Both the position numbers and the translations under genes were made by a program. Positions 48,797 to 58,388 of a stretch of 64,000 bases of DNA are shown here, one piece after another. Source of the DNA: an uncultured Actinomycetes bacterium (GTDB lineage: Bacteria > Actinomycetota > Actinomycetes > Streptosporangiales > Streptosporangiaceae); the NCBI GenBank assembly GCA_963755815.1, contig CAVWLF010000001.1:1-64000 (forward strand). Reading direction: 5' to 3'. The notes beneath the pieces are model-generated. The model was not told the origin of the DNA. It searched no databases and saw only the letters and a program-made list of their open reading frames with translations. Position 1 is the stretch's first letter. Each line of letters begins with the position of its first letter.

Positions 48797-49801
48797 TCAG
48801 GCTCCGCGCATGGCCCGGATTGATTCCCGCAGTGACCCCATCGTGGCGAGCACGGCGGACGGCTCGTACCCGCAATGGGCCATGCAGTTGGAGCACCGCT
48901 CGTCCTTGCCGCGGCCGTAGGCGTCCCAGTCGGTGGTCTCGATGAGCTCCTTGTACGTCTTCACGTAGCCGTCGGCCATCAGGTAGCACGGCTTCTGCCA
49001 GCCCAGCAGGGAGTACGACGGGATGCCCCAGGCGGTGCAGCCGAAGTCGGTCTTGCCCTCCAGGAAGTCCAGGAACATCGGCGAGTGATTCAGCCGCCAG
49101 CGCTTCCGGTTGCCGTTGTCGAACGCCTTGCGGAACAGCTCCCTGGTCTCGGTCACGCCGAGGAAGTGCTCCTGGTCCGGTGCCTTCTCGTAGGCGTAGG
49201 CCGGCGAGATCATCATGTCGCTGACCTTGAGGTCGTCGTTGAGGTAGTCGAGCACGTCGATGACGGTCTGCGGGGTGTCGGTGTTGAAGACCGTCGTGTT
49301 CGTGGTGACCCGGAAGCCGCGGCGCTGGGCTTCCCTGATCGCCGCGACCGCCTCGTCGAAGACACCGTCCTTGCAGACCGATGCGTCGTGCCGCTCGGCC
49401 AGGCCGTCAATGTGCACGGTCCAGGCGAAGTACCGGGACGGCGTGAACTTGTCGATGTGCTTGGGCAGCAGCAGCGCGTTAGTGCACAGGTAGACGTACT
49501 TCTTGCGCTTGACCAGTTCTTCCACCAGCACGTGGATCTGCGGGTGCATCAGCGGCTCACCGCCGGCCAGGGAGACCATCGGCGCGCCGCATTCCTCGAT
49601 CGCCGCCAGCGCCTGCTCCACCGGCATCCGCTGCTTCAGCAGGCTGGCCGGCTGCTGGATCTTGCCGCAGCCGGCGCACTTCAGGTTGCACGCGAACAGC
49701 GGCTCCAGCTCAACGATCAGCGGGAACTTCTCCCGCCGGGCGAGCTTCTGGCGGGCTAGGTACGCCCCGACCCGGATGCTCTGGCGCATGGGGATACTCA
49801 T
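48797..49801 (-). CDS. hpnH: hopanoid biosynthesis associated radical SAM protein HpnH (adenosylhopane synthase)
   Basis: Radical SAM CxxxCxxC ([10 protein letters not shown]). Length and conserved C-terminal Cys motif ([11 protein letters not shown]) typical of HpnH. Adjacent to shc. Confidence 0.9.
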   Translation of the reverse strand: MSIPMRQSIRVGAYLARQKLARREKFPLIVELEPLFACNLKCAGCGKIQQPASLLKQRMPVEQALAAIEECGAPMVSLAGGEPLMHPQIHVLVEELVKRKKYVYLCTNALLLPKHIDKFTPSRYFAWTVHIDGLAERHDASVCKDGVFDEAVAAIREAQRRGFRVTTNTTVFNTDTPQTVIDVLDYLNDDLKVSDMMISPAYAYEKAPDQEHFLGVTETRELFRKAFDNGNRKRWRLNHSPMFLDFLEGKTDFGCTAWGIPSYSLLGWQKPCYLMADGYVKTYKELIETTDWDAYGRGKDERCSNCMAHCGYEPSAVLATMGSLRESIRAMRGA

Positions 49802-51303
49802 GTTTGCCTTACCTCCTTGGGCAGGCCGAACCGGATGTTCTCAGTAGCGACGACGCGCTCGCTCACCTCGACCGGGCCGAGGCCGCCGAGCGCGGCGATA
49901 ATCTCGTCGACGACGGACGGCGGCGCCGAGGCGCCGGCCGTGAGCCCGATCGTCGACACTCCAGCCAGCCAGCCGAGCTCGATGTCCTCAGGGCCATCGA
50001 TCAGGTAAGCGGGCCTGCCAGCCCGCTCCGCCGTCTCCACCAGGCGGCGCGAGTTGGAAGAGTTGGCCGACCCGGCCACGAGCACCAGGTCGGATTCGGC
50101 GGCCACGGCACGGACCGAGAGCTGCCGGTTGGTGGTGGCGTAGCAGATGTCGTCGCTGCCGGGCCCGCGGGCGGCCGGGAACCGTTCGAGCAACTCCCCG
50201 ACGAGCCCGCCGGCCTCGTCGGCCGACAGCGTGGTCTGCATCAGGTAAGCCACCTTGCCGGGATCCTCGGGGCGCAGGCCGGCCACGTCGGCCTCGTTTT
50301 CGACCAGGACAGTTGAACCGGGCGCCTCGCCCAGCGTGCCCTCGACTTCCTCGTGGCCGGCGTGCCCGATGAGCGCGACCAGATAGCCGTCGGCGGCGAA
50401 CCGGCGGGCCTCCACATGCACCTTGGACACCAGCGGGCAGGTGGCATCGACGGTTTCCAGCCCGCGCCGGGCCGCCTCGTCCCGCACCGCCGGCGACACG
50501 CCGTGCGCGGAGAACACCGTCACGGCACCGTCCGGAACCTCGCTCAGCTCGTCCACGAAGATCGCGCCGCGGCGCTCCAGGCCCGCCACCACATGGGTGT
50601 TGTGCACGATCTGCTTACGCACGTAGACCGGCGGACCGTGCTGATCAAGCGCCCGCTCGACGATCTCGATCGCCCGCTCGACCCCGGCGCAGAAGGACCG
50701 CGGCCCGGCCAGCACCACCCGCCGCCGCCCGGCCGCGGCCGCCCAGCTGGCGAGCGCGGGCGCGGCCAGCCGCAGGGAGCGCAGCGCCGCGACCCCGCCG
50801 GCCAGGCCCGCCGGGCTCAGCAGCGGCCGCTGCGGCGTATCCGATACGGCCCGGAGCACGATCGCGGGCCGGTCGGCGGCCGCCGCGAGCAGCTGCGCCG
50901 ATTCCATATCGGCCACCAGCGCGCCGGTGCGCGCGAGCCGCTCCCGCTCGGCGCCGTGCACCAGGTGATCGACGGTGACGATCTGGCCGGCCCGGGCGTT
51001 CAGCCCGGCCCGCCGCAGCTCGCCCGCCAGCAGCGGGGCCGACGGGCAGCTGATGGCTGCCGCCCCGGAGCCACTGACCTGCGTGCCAACGACGAGGTCG
51101 CCGGGCGACAGGTCGCCGGAGAGGCCGCCGCCGGTTCCGGCGATGGCCAGCATCCCAAACGAGCCCGGGCGGAGCTTCGCCGCCGCCGAGGCCGATTTCA
51201 CCGGCCCGTAGCCGGTCTGCCTGACCTCGGCGCCGGAGCCGATGCCGCGCCGCACGGCGCGCGCTTCCAGCCGGAGCGGCGAGCAGACGAGCAGCCGGTT
51301 CAT
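49798..51303 (-). CDS. ispH: fusion protein: HpnG-like hopanoid-associated phosphorylase/nucleosidase domain + IspH (4-hydroxy-3-methylbut-2-enyl diphosphate reductase)
   Basis: N-terminal PNP/MTAN-family fold ([14 protein letters not shown]..., ADMESA). C-terminal LytB with the three cluster Cys ([24 protein letters not shown]). Start at MNRLL has GGAGGAA RBS. Confidence 0.8.
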   Translation of the reverse strand: MNRLLVCSPLRLEARAVRRGIGSGAEVRQTGYGPVKSASAAAKLRPGSFGMLAIAGTGGGLSGDLSPGDLVVGTQVSGSGAAAISCPSAPLLAGELRRAGLNARAGQIVTVDHLVHGAERERLARTGALVADMESAQLLAAAADRPAIVLRAVSDTPQRPLLSPAGLAGGVAALRSLRLAAPALASWAAAAGRRRVVLAGPRSFCAGVERAIEIVERALDQHGPPVYVRKQIVHNTHVVAGLERRGAIFVDELSEVPDGAVTVFSAHGVSPAVRDEAARRGLETVDATCPLVSKVHVEARRFAADGYLVALIGHAGHEEVEGTLGEAPGSTVLVENEADVAGLRPEDPGKVAYLMQTTLSADEAGGLVGELLERFPAARGPGSDDICYATTNRQLSVRAVAAESDLVLVAGSANSSNSRRLVETAERAGRPAYLIDGPEDIELGWLAGVSTIGLTAGASAPPSVVDEIIAALGGLGPVEVSERVVATENIRFGLPKEVRQT

Positions 51304-51385
51304 CGCATTCCTCCGCTCGGCCCGGCGGGCGCGCCGGGGGCCCGCCCGCCCGCGATTAGCCCGCCCGCGGTCAGCGACGGCCGGC

Positions 51386-53443
51386 TCATCCCGCACCGGC
51401 CAGGTAGCGGCCCAGCGCGCTGACCGGGAAGACCAGGCGGTACAGGTGGTAATTGATGTAGAAGTCACCCGGGAACCCGGTGCCGGTGTACTGCGGCTCG
51501 TCCCAGGTACCGTCCGGGCGCTGATGACTGGCCAGCCAGCGGACGCCGCGCTCTACGCAGGCCGCGTCATCCGCGCTGTCCCCGTCCCCGCTGGCCCCGT
51601 CCCCGTTGTTCCCGGCGCGGCCGGCCGCGCCGTGGCTGCTGCCGGTCTCGCCGTGGCCGGGTCCGGCGGCCGTGGAGCCCTGGCTCGCGGCCAGCAGCGC
51701 GAGCAGCGCCCATGCCGTCTGCGACGCCGTCGACTCGCCGCGCCCGGCCAGGCCCGGGTCGTCATAGGACCGCAGGTCCTCGCCCCAGCCGCCGTCCGGA
51801 TTCTGGTGCTCCCGGAGCCAGGCCACGGCCCGCCTGATCGGCGGCTTGCCGGGCAGCACGCCCGCGGCGATCAGCGCGGGCACCACCGCGCCGGTACCGT
51901 ACACGTAGTTCGCTCCCCACCGGCCGAACCAGGACCCGTCGTCCTCCTGCGCCCGCAGCAGCCAGGCCACGCCGCGGCGCACCGCCTTGCTGCCCGCCAG
52001 GCCCGCCGCGGCAAGCGCCTCGATGGTGTGCGCCGTGACATCCGCGGACGGCGGGTCGATCACCTCGCCGAAGTCGCAGAACGGCAGCTTGGCCACGATC
52101 TTCCTGGTGTTGTCCGCGTCGAAGGCGCCCCAGCCCCCGTCCCGGGACTGCATGCCGGTCAGCCAGCGGAGGCCGCGCGCCGTGGCCGCGGCCGACCGCG
52201 GCTCGGCGGCCGGGTCGACCCGCCGGAGCGCGAGCACCACCTCGGCGGTGTCGTCGATGTCCGGGTAGCCGTCGTTGTCGAACTCGAAGGCCCAGCCACC
52301 CGGGCTGAGCCCGGGCCGGCGGGCCTGCCAGTCACCCGGCCCGCGGATCTCCTCGCCGGCCACCCAGCGGGCCGCTGACGCCAGCGCCGGATGGTCGGCC
52401 GGAAGGCCGGCGTCGGAAAGCGCGATCATCGCCAGCACGGTGTCCCAGACCGGCGACTGGCATGCCTCCAGCCGCCTGGTCGGGCCGTCCGGCCCGTCGG
52501 CCCAGATGGTGAACCGGTCCAGCCCGGCCAGGCCGCGCTTGATCACCGGATGCTCCAGGCCGTAGCCCAGCAGGTGCAGCGCGATCAGCGAGTACACCCA
52601 GGGCGGCTGAATCCCGCCCCAGCAGCCATCGGCCTCCTGCCGGGCGATGATCCACTCCGCGCAGCGCCGCAGGGCCGCGGTCCGGACCGCGCGCATCGGG
52701 CGGGTTTGCTCGCCATGCCGGTGGTAGGCGTGCAGCACGCGGTCAAGCCCGCCGAAGAAGGCCGGCCAGCCCGGCCGCGGCAGGCCCCCGGCGCGGGCCG
52801 CGGCCGGCCCGGGGCCCGGATCAGGCGCGGCCGGCCACAGCTCGGGCAGCGCAAAGGGCAGCGAGCGGACGGGGCGCAGCGATCCGACAATGGTCAGCGG
52901 GACGATCGTCTGCCTGGCCCAGCAGGCCCAGTCCTGCACGTTCAGCGGGAACCAGCCGGGCAGGTAGATCATCTCCGGCGGCATCACCGGGAGCTCGTCC
53001 CAGGACCACTCGCCGAAGAGGGCCAGCCAGATCCTGGTGAACACGCGGGTGGCGGGAATGCCCCCGGCCGCGCGGATCCAGCCCGCCGCCCGCGCCATGT
53101 GCGCGGCGTCCGGCGAGTCGCCGGCCAGCCGCAGCGCGACGTAGGCCTCGACGGTGGTGGAGAGGTCAGCGTCGCCCTGGTAGTAGTTCGCCCAGGTCCC
53201 GTCCGCTCGCTGCCGGGACCTGATCCACCGCGCCGCGGCCGCCGTCTCCGGCTCCGCCCGGATGCCGAGGAACTCGCGGAGGAGCAGGTCCTCCGCATCC
53301 ATGGTGACGTTGGTCTCCAGCTCGCCCTGCCACCAGCCGCCGGGGTGCTGCAGGTCAAGCAGATGACGGGCGGCCAGGTCCAGCGCCGTCCGCGCGACCT
53401 CGGGCGCCGCCTGCCCGCCGGGGCGTGCCTGCGTCACCGTCAT
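51386..53443 (-). CDS. shc: squalene-hopene cyclase
   Basis: Multiple QW motifs (QxxDGxW/GGW). DxDD-type catalytic region (DIDDTAEV). C-terminal [16 protein letters not shown]. Confidence 0.9.
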   Translation of the reverse strand: MTVTQARPGGQAAPEVARTALDLAARHLLDLQHPGGWWQGELETNVTMDAEDLLLREFLGIRAEPETAAAARWIRSRQRADGTWANYYQGDADLSTTVEAYVALRLAGDSPDAAHMARAAGWIRAAGGIPATRVFTRIWLALFGEWSWDELPVMPPEMIYLPGWFPLNVQDWACWARQTIVPLTIVGSLRPVRSLPFALPELWPAAPDPGPGPAAARAGGLPRPGWPAFFGGLDRVLHAYHRHGEQTRPMRAVRTAALRRCAEWIIARQEADGCWGGIQPPWVYSLIALHLLGYGLEHPVIKRGLAGLDRFTIWADGPDGPTRRLEACQSPVWDTVLAMIALSDAGLPADHPALASAARWVAGEEIRGPGDWQARRPGLSPGGWAFEFDNDGYPDIDDTAEVVLALRRVDPAAEPRSAAATARGLRWLTGMQSRDGGWGAFDADNTRKIVAKLPFCDFGEVIDPPSADVTAHTIEALAAAGLAGSKAVRRGVAWLLRAQEDDGSWFGRWGANYVYGTGAVVPALIAAGVLPGKPPIRRAVAWLREHQNPDGGWGEDLRSYDDPGLAGRGESTASQTAWALLALLAASQGSTAAGPGHGETGSSHGAAGRAGNNGDGASGDGDSADDAACVERGVRWLASHQRPDGTWDEPQYTGTGFPGDFYINYHLYRLVFPVSALGRYLAGAG

Positions 53444-53524
53444 GTCGCCGTCCCGCTCATCTCGCCGCTCTCCGCTTCGTCTGCCCTGCGGTACTCGGCT
53501 CAGCCGCGTACCGGTCCGTCATGA

Positions 53525-54556
53525 TCAGCTCTGCCGCGCCGTGATGAACTCGGCGATCCCCGCGAACTCCGCCCGTACGTCATCGGGCATGTCGGTCGCG
53601 GCCAGGCACTCGCCGGCCGAGGCGAGCTGCACATCCGCCTCCGCCTCGACCCAGGCCCGGCCGCCGGCCGCCTCGACCAGGTCAGCGGCCCGCAGCAGGT
53701 CGTCCTCGCCGAGCGGCCCGGTGGAACTCAGCAACTCGCCGAGCTCAGCGCCCGCCTCGGTGCCGCTGGTCAGCGCCGCGACGACCGGAAGTGACTTCTT
53801 CCTGGCCCGCAGGTCGGAGCGGACCGGCTTGCCGGTGACCTCGGGGGCGCCCCAGATGCCGAGCAGGTCGTCGGTGAGCTGGAACGCGAGCCCGGCGTGC
53901 GCGCCGAACCCGGCCAGGCCCATGGCCAGCTCGGCCGGGGCGCCGACGTAGATCGCCCCGATGCTGCAGGCGCACGCCATCAGCGCGGCGGTCTTGTCAC
54001 CCGCCATCTCCAGGCACTCATCCAGCGTCACGTCATCGCGCCGCTCGAAGGCCAGGTCCGCGCCCTGGCCCGCGATCAGCCGCTGGACCGAGGCGGACAG
54101 GCAGCGGGACGCCCACAGGCCCTGCGGCGCCGGGCCCTCCAGCAGCATGTCCTGGGCGAGCACCAGGAGGGCGTCGCCGGCCAGGATGGCCGCTCCCACG
54201 CCGAACACCGTCCACGCCGTCGGCCGGTGCCTGCGTTCGGTGTCGCCGTCCATGATGTCGTCGTGCACGAGGGAGAAGTTGTGCACGAGTTCCACCGCCG
54301 CCGCGGCGGCCACCCCGCGCTCGGGCGCGGTTCGGGCCGCCCGGGTGGACAGCAAGGCGAATGCGGGCCGCAGCGCCTTGCCCATCCCGCCGGGCCGGCC
54401 GTCGGTACCGGTCGGCTGGCCCGCCGCGTCCGCCAGGCCGAGGTGGTAGGCGGCGACGGATCGCACGTCCGGGCTCAGCCGGCTGACCGCGGCGGCGATC
54501 GCCGGTCCGACCAGATCGCGGGCCGTCTCAACGCCGGCCGGCATGGTGGCCGTCAT
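53525..54556 (-). CDS. polyprenyl diphosphate synthase (farnesyl/geranylgeranyl diphosphate synthase, hopanoid-cluster type)
   Basis: First and second Asp-rich motifs LVHDDIMDGDTERR and FQLTDDLLG. Start MTATMPAG overlaps the hpnE stop (ATGA). Confidence 0.85.
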   Translation of the reverse strand: MTATMPAGVETARDLVGPAIAAAVSRLSPDVRSVAAYHLGLADAAGQPTGTDGRPGGMGKALRPAFALLSTRAARTAPERGVAAAAAVELVHNFSLVHDDIMDGDTERRHRPTAWTVFGVGAAILAGDALLVLAQDMLLEGPAPQGLWASRCLSASVQRLIAGQGADLAFERRDDVTLDECLEMAGDKTAALMACACSIGAIYVGAPAELAMGLAGFGAHAGLAFQLTDDLLGIWGAPEVTGKPVRSDLRARKKSLPVVAALTSGTEAGAELGELLSSTGPLGEDDLLRAADLVEAAGGRAWVEAEADVQLASAGECLAATDMPDDVRAEFAGIAEFITARQS

Positions 54557-56004
54557 GACGGCGCTCCGGCCCCGGCCGGCGCAGGCGTGCCCGCCGGGCA
54601 GGCCAGCTCCCGGCCAGGCGGCCAGGCCAGGCCTCGTCTCAGTTCCCGCGCCGCATTCAGCCCGCTTCGCACTGCGCCCTCCATGGTGTCCGGCCAGCCG
54701 GTATCGGTCCACGCGCCGGCCAGCACCAGCCCGGGCAGGCCGGTGGCCGCGGCCGGCCGTAGCTGACCGCACCCCGGCGCCTGGCGGAATGTCGCCTGGC
54801 GCTCCCTGGTCACGAAGAAATCGGTAATCTGCGCCTGCCGGGCCGCCGGGAATAGCTCCGCCAGCGCGGGCACGAATTGCTCGCGCAGCCGCGCGGCGGG
54901 GACGTCGATGTAGTCGTCCGCGGCCGACAGCGACACCGCGAGGTACTGGCCGCCCGGCTGGCCCGAGGATGCGGTCTTGTCGAAGACCCACTGCACCGGG
55001 GAGTCCACCGCGGCGGCGAACGGCAGCCTGGTGACCCGCCGGTCGTAGATGACATGCACATTGACGATCGGCGATGAGCCGAGCGCGGCCCACCGGGTTT
55101 CGCCGGCCGCGGCCGGCATCAGGCGCGCGGCCGGCCCGGGCGGCACGGCGATCACCACGCCGTCGGCGGGCAGCGACGACTGCGCGCGATCGGCGCCGGC
55201 CGCGGCGGTGACGCTCAGCCCGCCGCCTGGCCCGGGCGTGACGGCGACCGCGGCCGTGCCGAGCCGCACCTCGGCTCCGAGTTCCGCCAGCAGCGTCGCG
55301 GCGGCGGTGCCGTGCAGTTCGCCGAGCGGAACCGCCGGCACCCCGATGTCAGCGGCATCCCGGGCGCCGAGCAGGGCCATCCGGACCACGGTGGCGGCCA
55401 GCGCCAGGCTCGCGTCATCGCCGGCGATGTTCAGGGCCGAGACGACGAAGAGATCCCACAGCACCCGGCGGGCCCGCTCGCCCTGGCCCCGGGCGGCCAG
55501 CCAGTCCCCGAGCCGCTCGCTGTCCAGGCCGGGCCGGGCCGGGTTGAGGAAGCGCATGGCCAGCGCGGCCCGGGCCACGCCGAGCCGCGCCGCGGGCGAG
55601 AGCAGCGAGTATCCGGCCAGCGCCCGGCCCATCTGCAGCGGGCCGGGCAGTGCGGTCCGGCGCAGCCGGGCCGTGCCGCCGGGGGAAAGCACGGTGATGT
55701 CAAAGCGATCCTGGATCGTGGCCGAGCCCGTCATGCCGAGCCTGGCCAGCAGGCCCCGGTAGGCACTGCAGCAGCGGAGGAAGACATGCTGGCCGTTGTC
55801 GATGACCAGGCCGTCCCGGCTGAAGGAGCTGGTCGCCCCGCCCAGCCTGGGCCTGGCCTCCAGCAGCGTGACGCCGACGCCCGACTCCCGCAGCGCGATA
55901 GCGGCGGTGATCCCGGCCAGACCGCCGCCGATCACCACCACGCTGCGGCCGGGCGCGGCATCGCCTGGCCGGGGGGCGGGCCCGCCGCCGGCCGGGGCGC
56001 TCAT
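54553..56004 (-). CDS. hpnE: hydroxysqualene dehydroxylase HpnE (FAD-dependent amine-oxidase fold)
   Basis: Dinucleotide motif VVVIGGGLAGITAAIAL. Amine-oxidase-like C-terminus. Position between hpnD and the FPP synthase, as in hpnCDE operons. ATGA overlap with hpnD. Confidence 0.85.
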   Translation of the reverse strand: MSAPAGGGPAPRPGDAAPGRSVVVIGGGLAGITAAIALRESGVGVTLLEARPRLGGATSSFSRDGLVIDNGQHVFLRCCSAYRGLLARLGMTGSATIQDRFDITVLSPGGTARLRRTALPGPLQMGRALAGYSLLSPAARLGVARAALAMRFLNPARPGLDSERLGDWLAARGQGERARRVLWDLFVVSALNIAGDDASLALAATVVRMALLGARDAADIGVPAVPLGELHGTAAATLLAELGAEVRLGTAAVAVTPGPGGGLSVTAAAGADRAQSSLPADGVVIAVPPGPAARLMPAAAGETRWAALGSSPIVNVHVIYDRRVTRLPFAAAVDSPVQWVFDKTASSGQPGGQYLAVSLSAADDYIDVPAARLREQFVPALAELFPAARQAQITDFFVTRERQATFRQAPGCGQLRPAAATGLPGLVLAGAWTDTGWPDTMEGAVRSGLNAARELRRGLAWPPGRELACPAGTPAPAGAGAPS

Positions 56005-56909
56005 GCCGCCGCCACCGGGCCGGCGGGCGGCAGCACCACTGGCATCACGCCCGCCAGCGAGCGCACCGCGACGATGGCCTTCTCCCCCGCCGACAGCGAC
56101 AGCCGGCGCTGCAGCGCCGCGGCCGGCTCCGCGCTGATGTGCCCGAGCAGCCGGACGTAGATGCCGGCCATCGCCCCGGCGCACGCCGCGCTGCGCCGGT
56201 CAAGCAGCGGCAGCAGCCGCAGCCCGGTGGCATACCAGCCGCGGGCGCGATCGGCCTCGAACCGCACCACGTCCTCCAGCTGGGCGCTGGCGGGCAGGCC
56301 GGTGGTGCCATCCGGGGCCAGTGCCGTGCCGAAGCGCGCGAGGTCGTCGGCGGGCAGATAGACCCGGCCGGTGCCGAAATCCTCCCGGATGTCCCGCAGG
56401 ATGTTGGTCAGCTGCAGCGCCACGCCCAGCGCATCGGCCAGCGGCGCCGCCACGGCCGTGTCCGGGCAGCCGAACACGCCCAGCGACAGCCGCCCGATCG
56501 AGCCGGCCACGCACCGGCAGTAGTGCTCAAGGTCGTCAAACGTGGCGTACGTGGTGCCCCGCACGTCCGCCTCGCAGCCGTCGATGAGCTCACCGAAGGC
56601 ATCGAGCGGGATCGCGAACTGGGTGGCCGCGTCGGCCAGCGCGACGAGCACCGGGTCAGCGGAGGTGCCCGCGGCCGGCCCGGACAGTGCGGTCACGCTG
56701 GCCCTGGCCTCCGCGAGCGCCGCCAGCTTGCTGGCGGCGGGCAGGGTGCCGTCACCGATGTCATCGACCCGCCGCGCGAACGCGTACACGGCGGACAGCG
56801 CGCGGCGCTTGGCCGCGGGCAGCAGCCGGATTCCGTAGGAGAAATTCCTCGCCTGCGTCCTGGTGATCTGCTCACAGTGCTGATACGCGGCACGCACCTC
56901 GATCGGCAT
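56001..56909 (-). CDS. hpnD: presqualene diphosphate synthase HpnD (squalene/phytoene synthase family)
   Basis: SQS/PSY motifs (YCRCVAGSIG, NILRDIRED, DxxxD Asp-rich segments). Start placed at MPIEVRAAYQHC; the longer ORF extends to 57122. Coordinate uncertain by +/-1. Confidence 0.85.
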   Translation of the reverse strand: MPIEVRAAYQHCEQITRTQARNFSYGIRLLPAAKRRALSAVYAFARRVDDIGDGTLPAASKLAALAEARASVTALSGPAAGTSADPVLVALADAATQFAIPLDAFGELIDGCEADVRGTTYATFDDLEHYCRCVAGSIGRLSLGVFGCPDTAVAAPLADALGVALQLTNILRDIREDFGTGRVYLPADDLARFGTALAPDGTTGLPASAQLEDVVRFEADRARGWYATGLRLLPLLDRRSAACAGAMAGIYVRLLGHISAEPAAALQRRLSLSAGEKAIVAVRSLAGVMPVVLPPAGPVAAA

Positions 56910-56931
56910 CGGAACCCGGGTGTCCACCGCG

Positions 56932-57903
56932 TTACCGTCCCGTCGCATAGCAGCGCAGCAGTTCCGCCACGGTCCGGCGCGCGCGGGGGCGCGGCGTGGC
57001 CCTGAGCACATCGTGATCGGCGGCCGCGATCGCGGCCAGCGCGGCCCGGCCGCCGGCCACGTATCCGGCCACGGCCGCCCGGGCGAACCCGCGCAGCGTG
57101 CCGACCAGCGGAGCGCCGGCATCGAGCAGCGCCCGGGCCCGCTGCGTCTCGAACCCGACCAGCGCGCGCAGCGCGGGCGACGACCGGGGCGCGGAAAGGT
57201 CGGACTCGGCGCAGCCGTACCTGGTCATGTCCTCGCCGGGCAGGTAGATACGCCCGGCCCGGAAGTCCTCGCCGACGTCCTGCCAGTGCTCGGCCAGCTG
57301 CAGCGCGGTGCAGACCTGATCGGAGAGCGCGGCCCGGGCCGGGGAGAACGCGCCGAAGGCATACAGCACAATCCGGCCGACCGGATTGGCCGAAAGGCGG
57401 CAGTATCCCTGCAGGTCATCGAATGTCGGATAGCGGGTGACCAGCTGGTCCTGCCGGTTGGCCTGGATCAGGTCCAGAAAGGGCTGCGGCGGGATCGCGC
57501 ACTGGCTGACGACCGGGCCGAGTGCGCGGATCACGCTCAGTTCCGGGCCGCCGCCCTGGCCCGCGTCCCGGTGGCCCGCCTCGTCCCGGTGACCCGCAGC
57601 GGCCTGATCCGCAGCGGGCCCCCCAGCGCCCGCCCGGTCCGCATCCGGCAGGCCCGCGCCCGCCTGGTCCGCATCCGGCGGGCTCGCACCCGCCCCGTCC
57701 GCATCCGGCAGGCCCGCGTACAGCCTGCCCAGGTCGGCCTCCAGCTCATCGAGCAGGCGGGCCCGCTCGGCGACCGGAGCGCGGTCCCCGATGTCATCGG
57801 CCGTGCGGGCGAAGCCGTAGACGGCCATCAGGTGCTGCCGGTGGCGCGCGGGCAGCAGCCGGAGGGCGACCGGGAAATTCTCGCCCGCCGACCGGGCCGC
57901 CAT
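56932..57903 (-). CDS. hpnC: hydroxysqualene synthase HpnC (squalene/phytoene synthase family) with internal low-complexity repeat insert
   Basis: ENFPVA start region. Asp-rich motif FARTADDIGD. YCRLSANPVGR. Start placed at MAARSAGENF. Internal Met at 58026 is an alternative. The ORF extension to 58110 runs into AT-rich promoter DNA. Confidence 0.75.
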   Translation of the reverse strand: MAARSAGENFPVALRLLPARHRQHLMAVYGFARTADDIGDRAPVAERARLLDELEADLGRLYAGLPDADGAGASPPDADQAGAGLPDADRAGAGGPAADQAAAGHRDEAGHRDAGQGGGPELSVIRALGPVVSQCAIPPQPFLDLIQANRQDQLVTRYPTFDDLQGYCRLSANPVGRIVLYAFGAFSPARAALSDQVCTALQLAEHWQDVGEDFRAGRIYLPGEDMTRYGCAESDLSAPRSSPALRALVGFETQRARALLDAGAPLVGTLRGFARAAVAGYVAGGRAALAAIAAADHDVLRATPRPRARRTVAELLRCYATGR

Positions 57904-58087
57904 CGCCGCCTGGATACCCGGCCCGGTGGCCGGCGAAGGGCCGGTTGATGCCGGGCCCCCGTCGGCCGCGACCGCGATTGTGTCAGCCGACAGGCCGGAT
58001 TCCCGGTCGGGGAACCCGGTGCCCATTGGCGTCCGGTCGCGTGTCACGGTCCCTATTTCTGCACAGTTCTCATGGATTTGCAAATAA

Positions 58088-58176
58088 ATGACATCGACGT
58101 CATATGACATGCGTGTCGCTCTTCCCGGAAATCATGACGCGGACGTCACATGACGTCCGTGTCGCCTTTCCGCGTG
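58088..58176 (-). promoter_or_regulatory. two ~42-bp direct repeats, each containing ATGAC-N6-GTCAy-ATGAC palindromic half-sites, upstream of the hpnC operon
   Basis: Unit 1 atgacatcgacgtcatatgacatgcgtgtcgctcttcccg. Unit 2 atgacgcggacgtcacatgacgtccgtgtcgcctttccgcg. Unit 2 contains GACGTCA-ca-TGACGTC. The region is AT-rich relative to the genome. Confidence 0.45.
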
Positions 58177-58271
58177 ACTCCCGCCAGATCGCGGCGGTGC
58201 GCAGATCATATAGGCCGGCCGGGCTGGCGGGAGCACATTATTCCGTTCGTGACCGATTGTCGGCACCGATT

Positions 58272-58300
58272 GCAATAAACCCGCCGCGGCGGAATTAATC
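58272..58300 (-). terminator. putative intrinsic terminator of the PP2C phosphatase gene
   Basis: On the minus strand, the GC palindrome CCGCCGCGGCGG (stem) is immediately followed by GTTTATTG, about 90 bp downstream of the stop at 58389. Confidence 0.5.
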
Positions 58301-58388
58301 TGCTAAGTAAAATTCATATCGCCGGAGCGGTCCCCCGATCGGGCCGCGCCGTCGCGATCAGGGCCGCCGCCAGGTGCCGCTGGGCAGC

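Noticed and set aside
57904-58110. N-terminal extension of hpnC ORF (MSYDVDVIYLQIHENCAEIG...)
   Set aside because: It is encoded by the AT-rich repeat-containing promoter region, and its codon usage is alien to the genome. The conserved HpnC N-terminus begins near ENFPVA.
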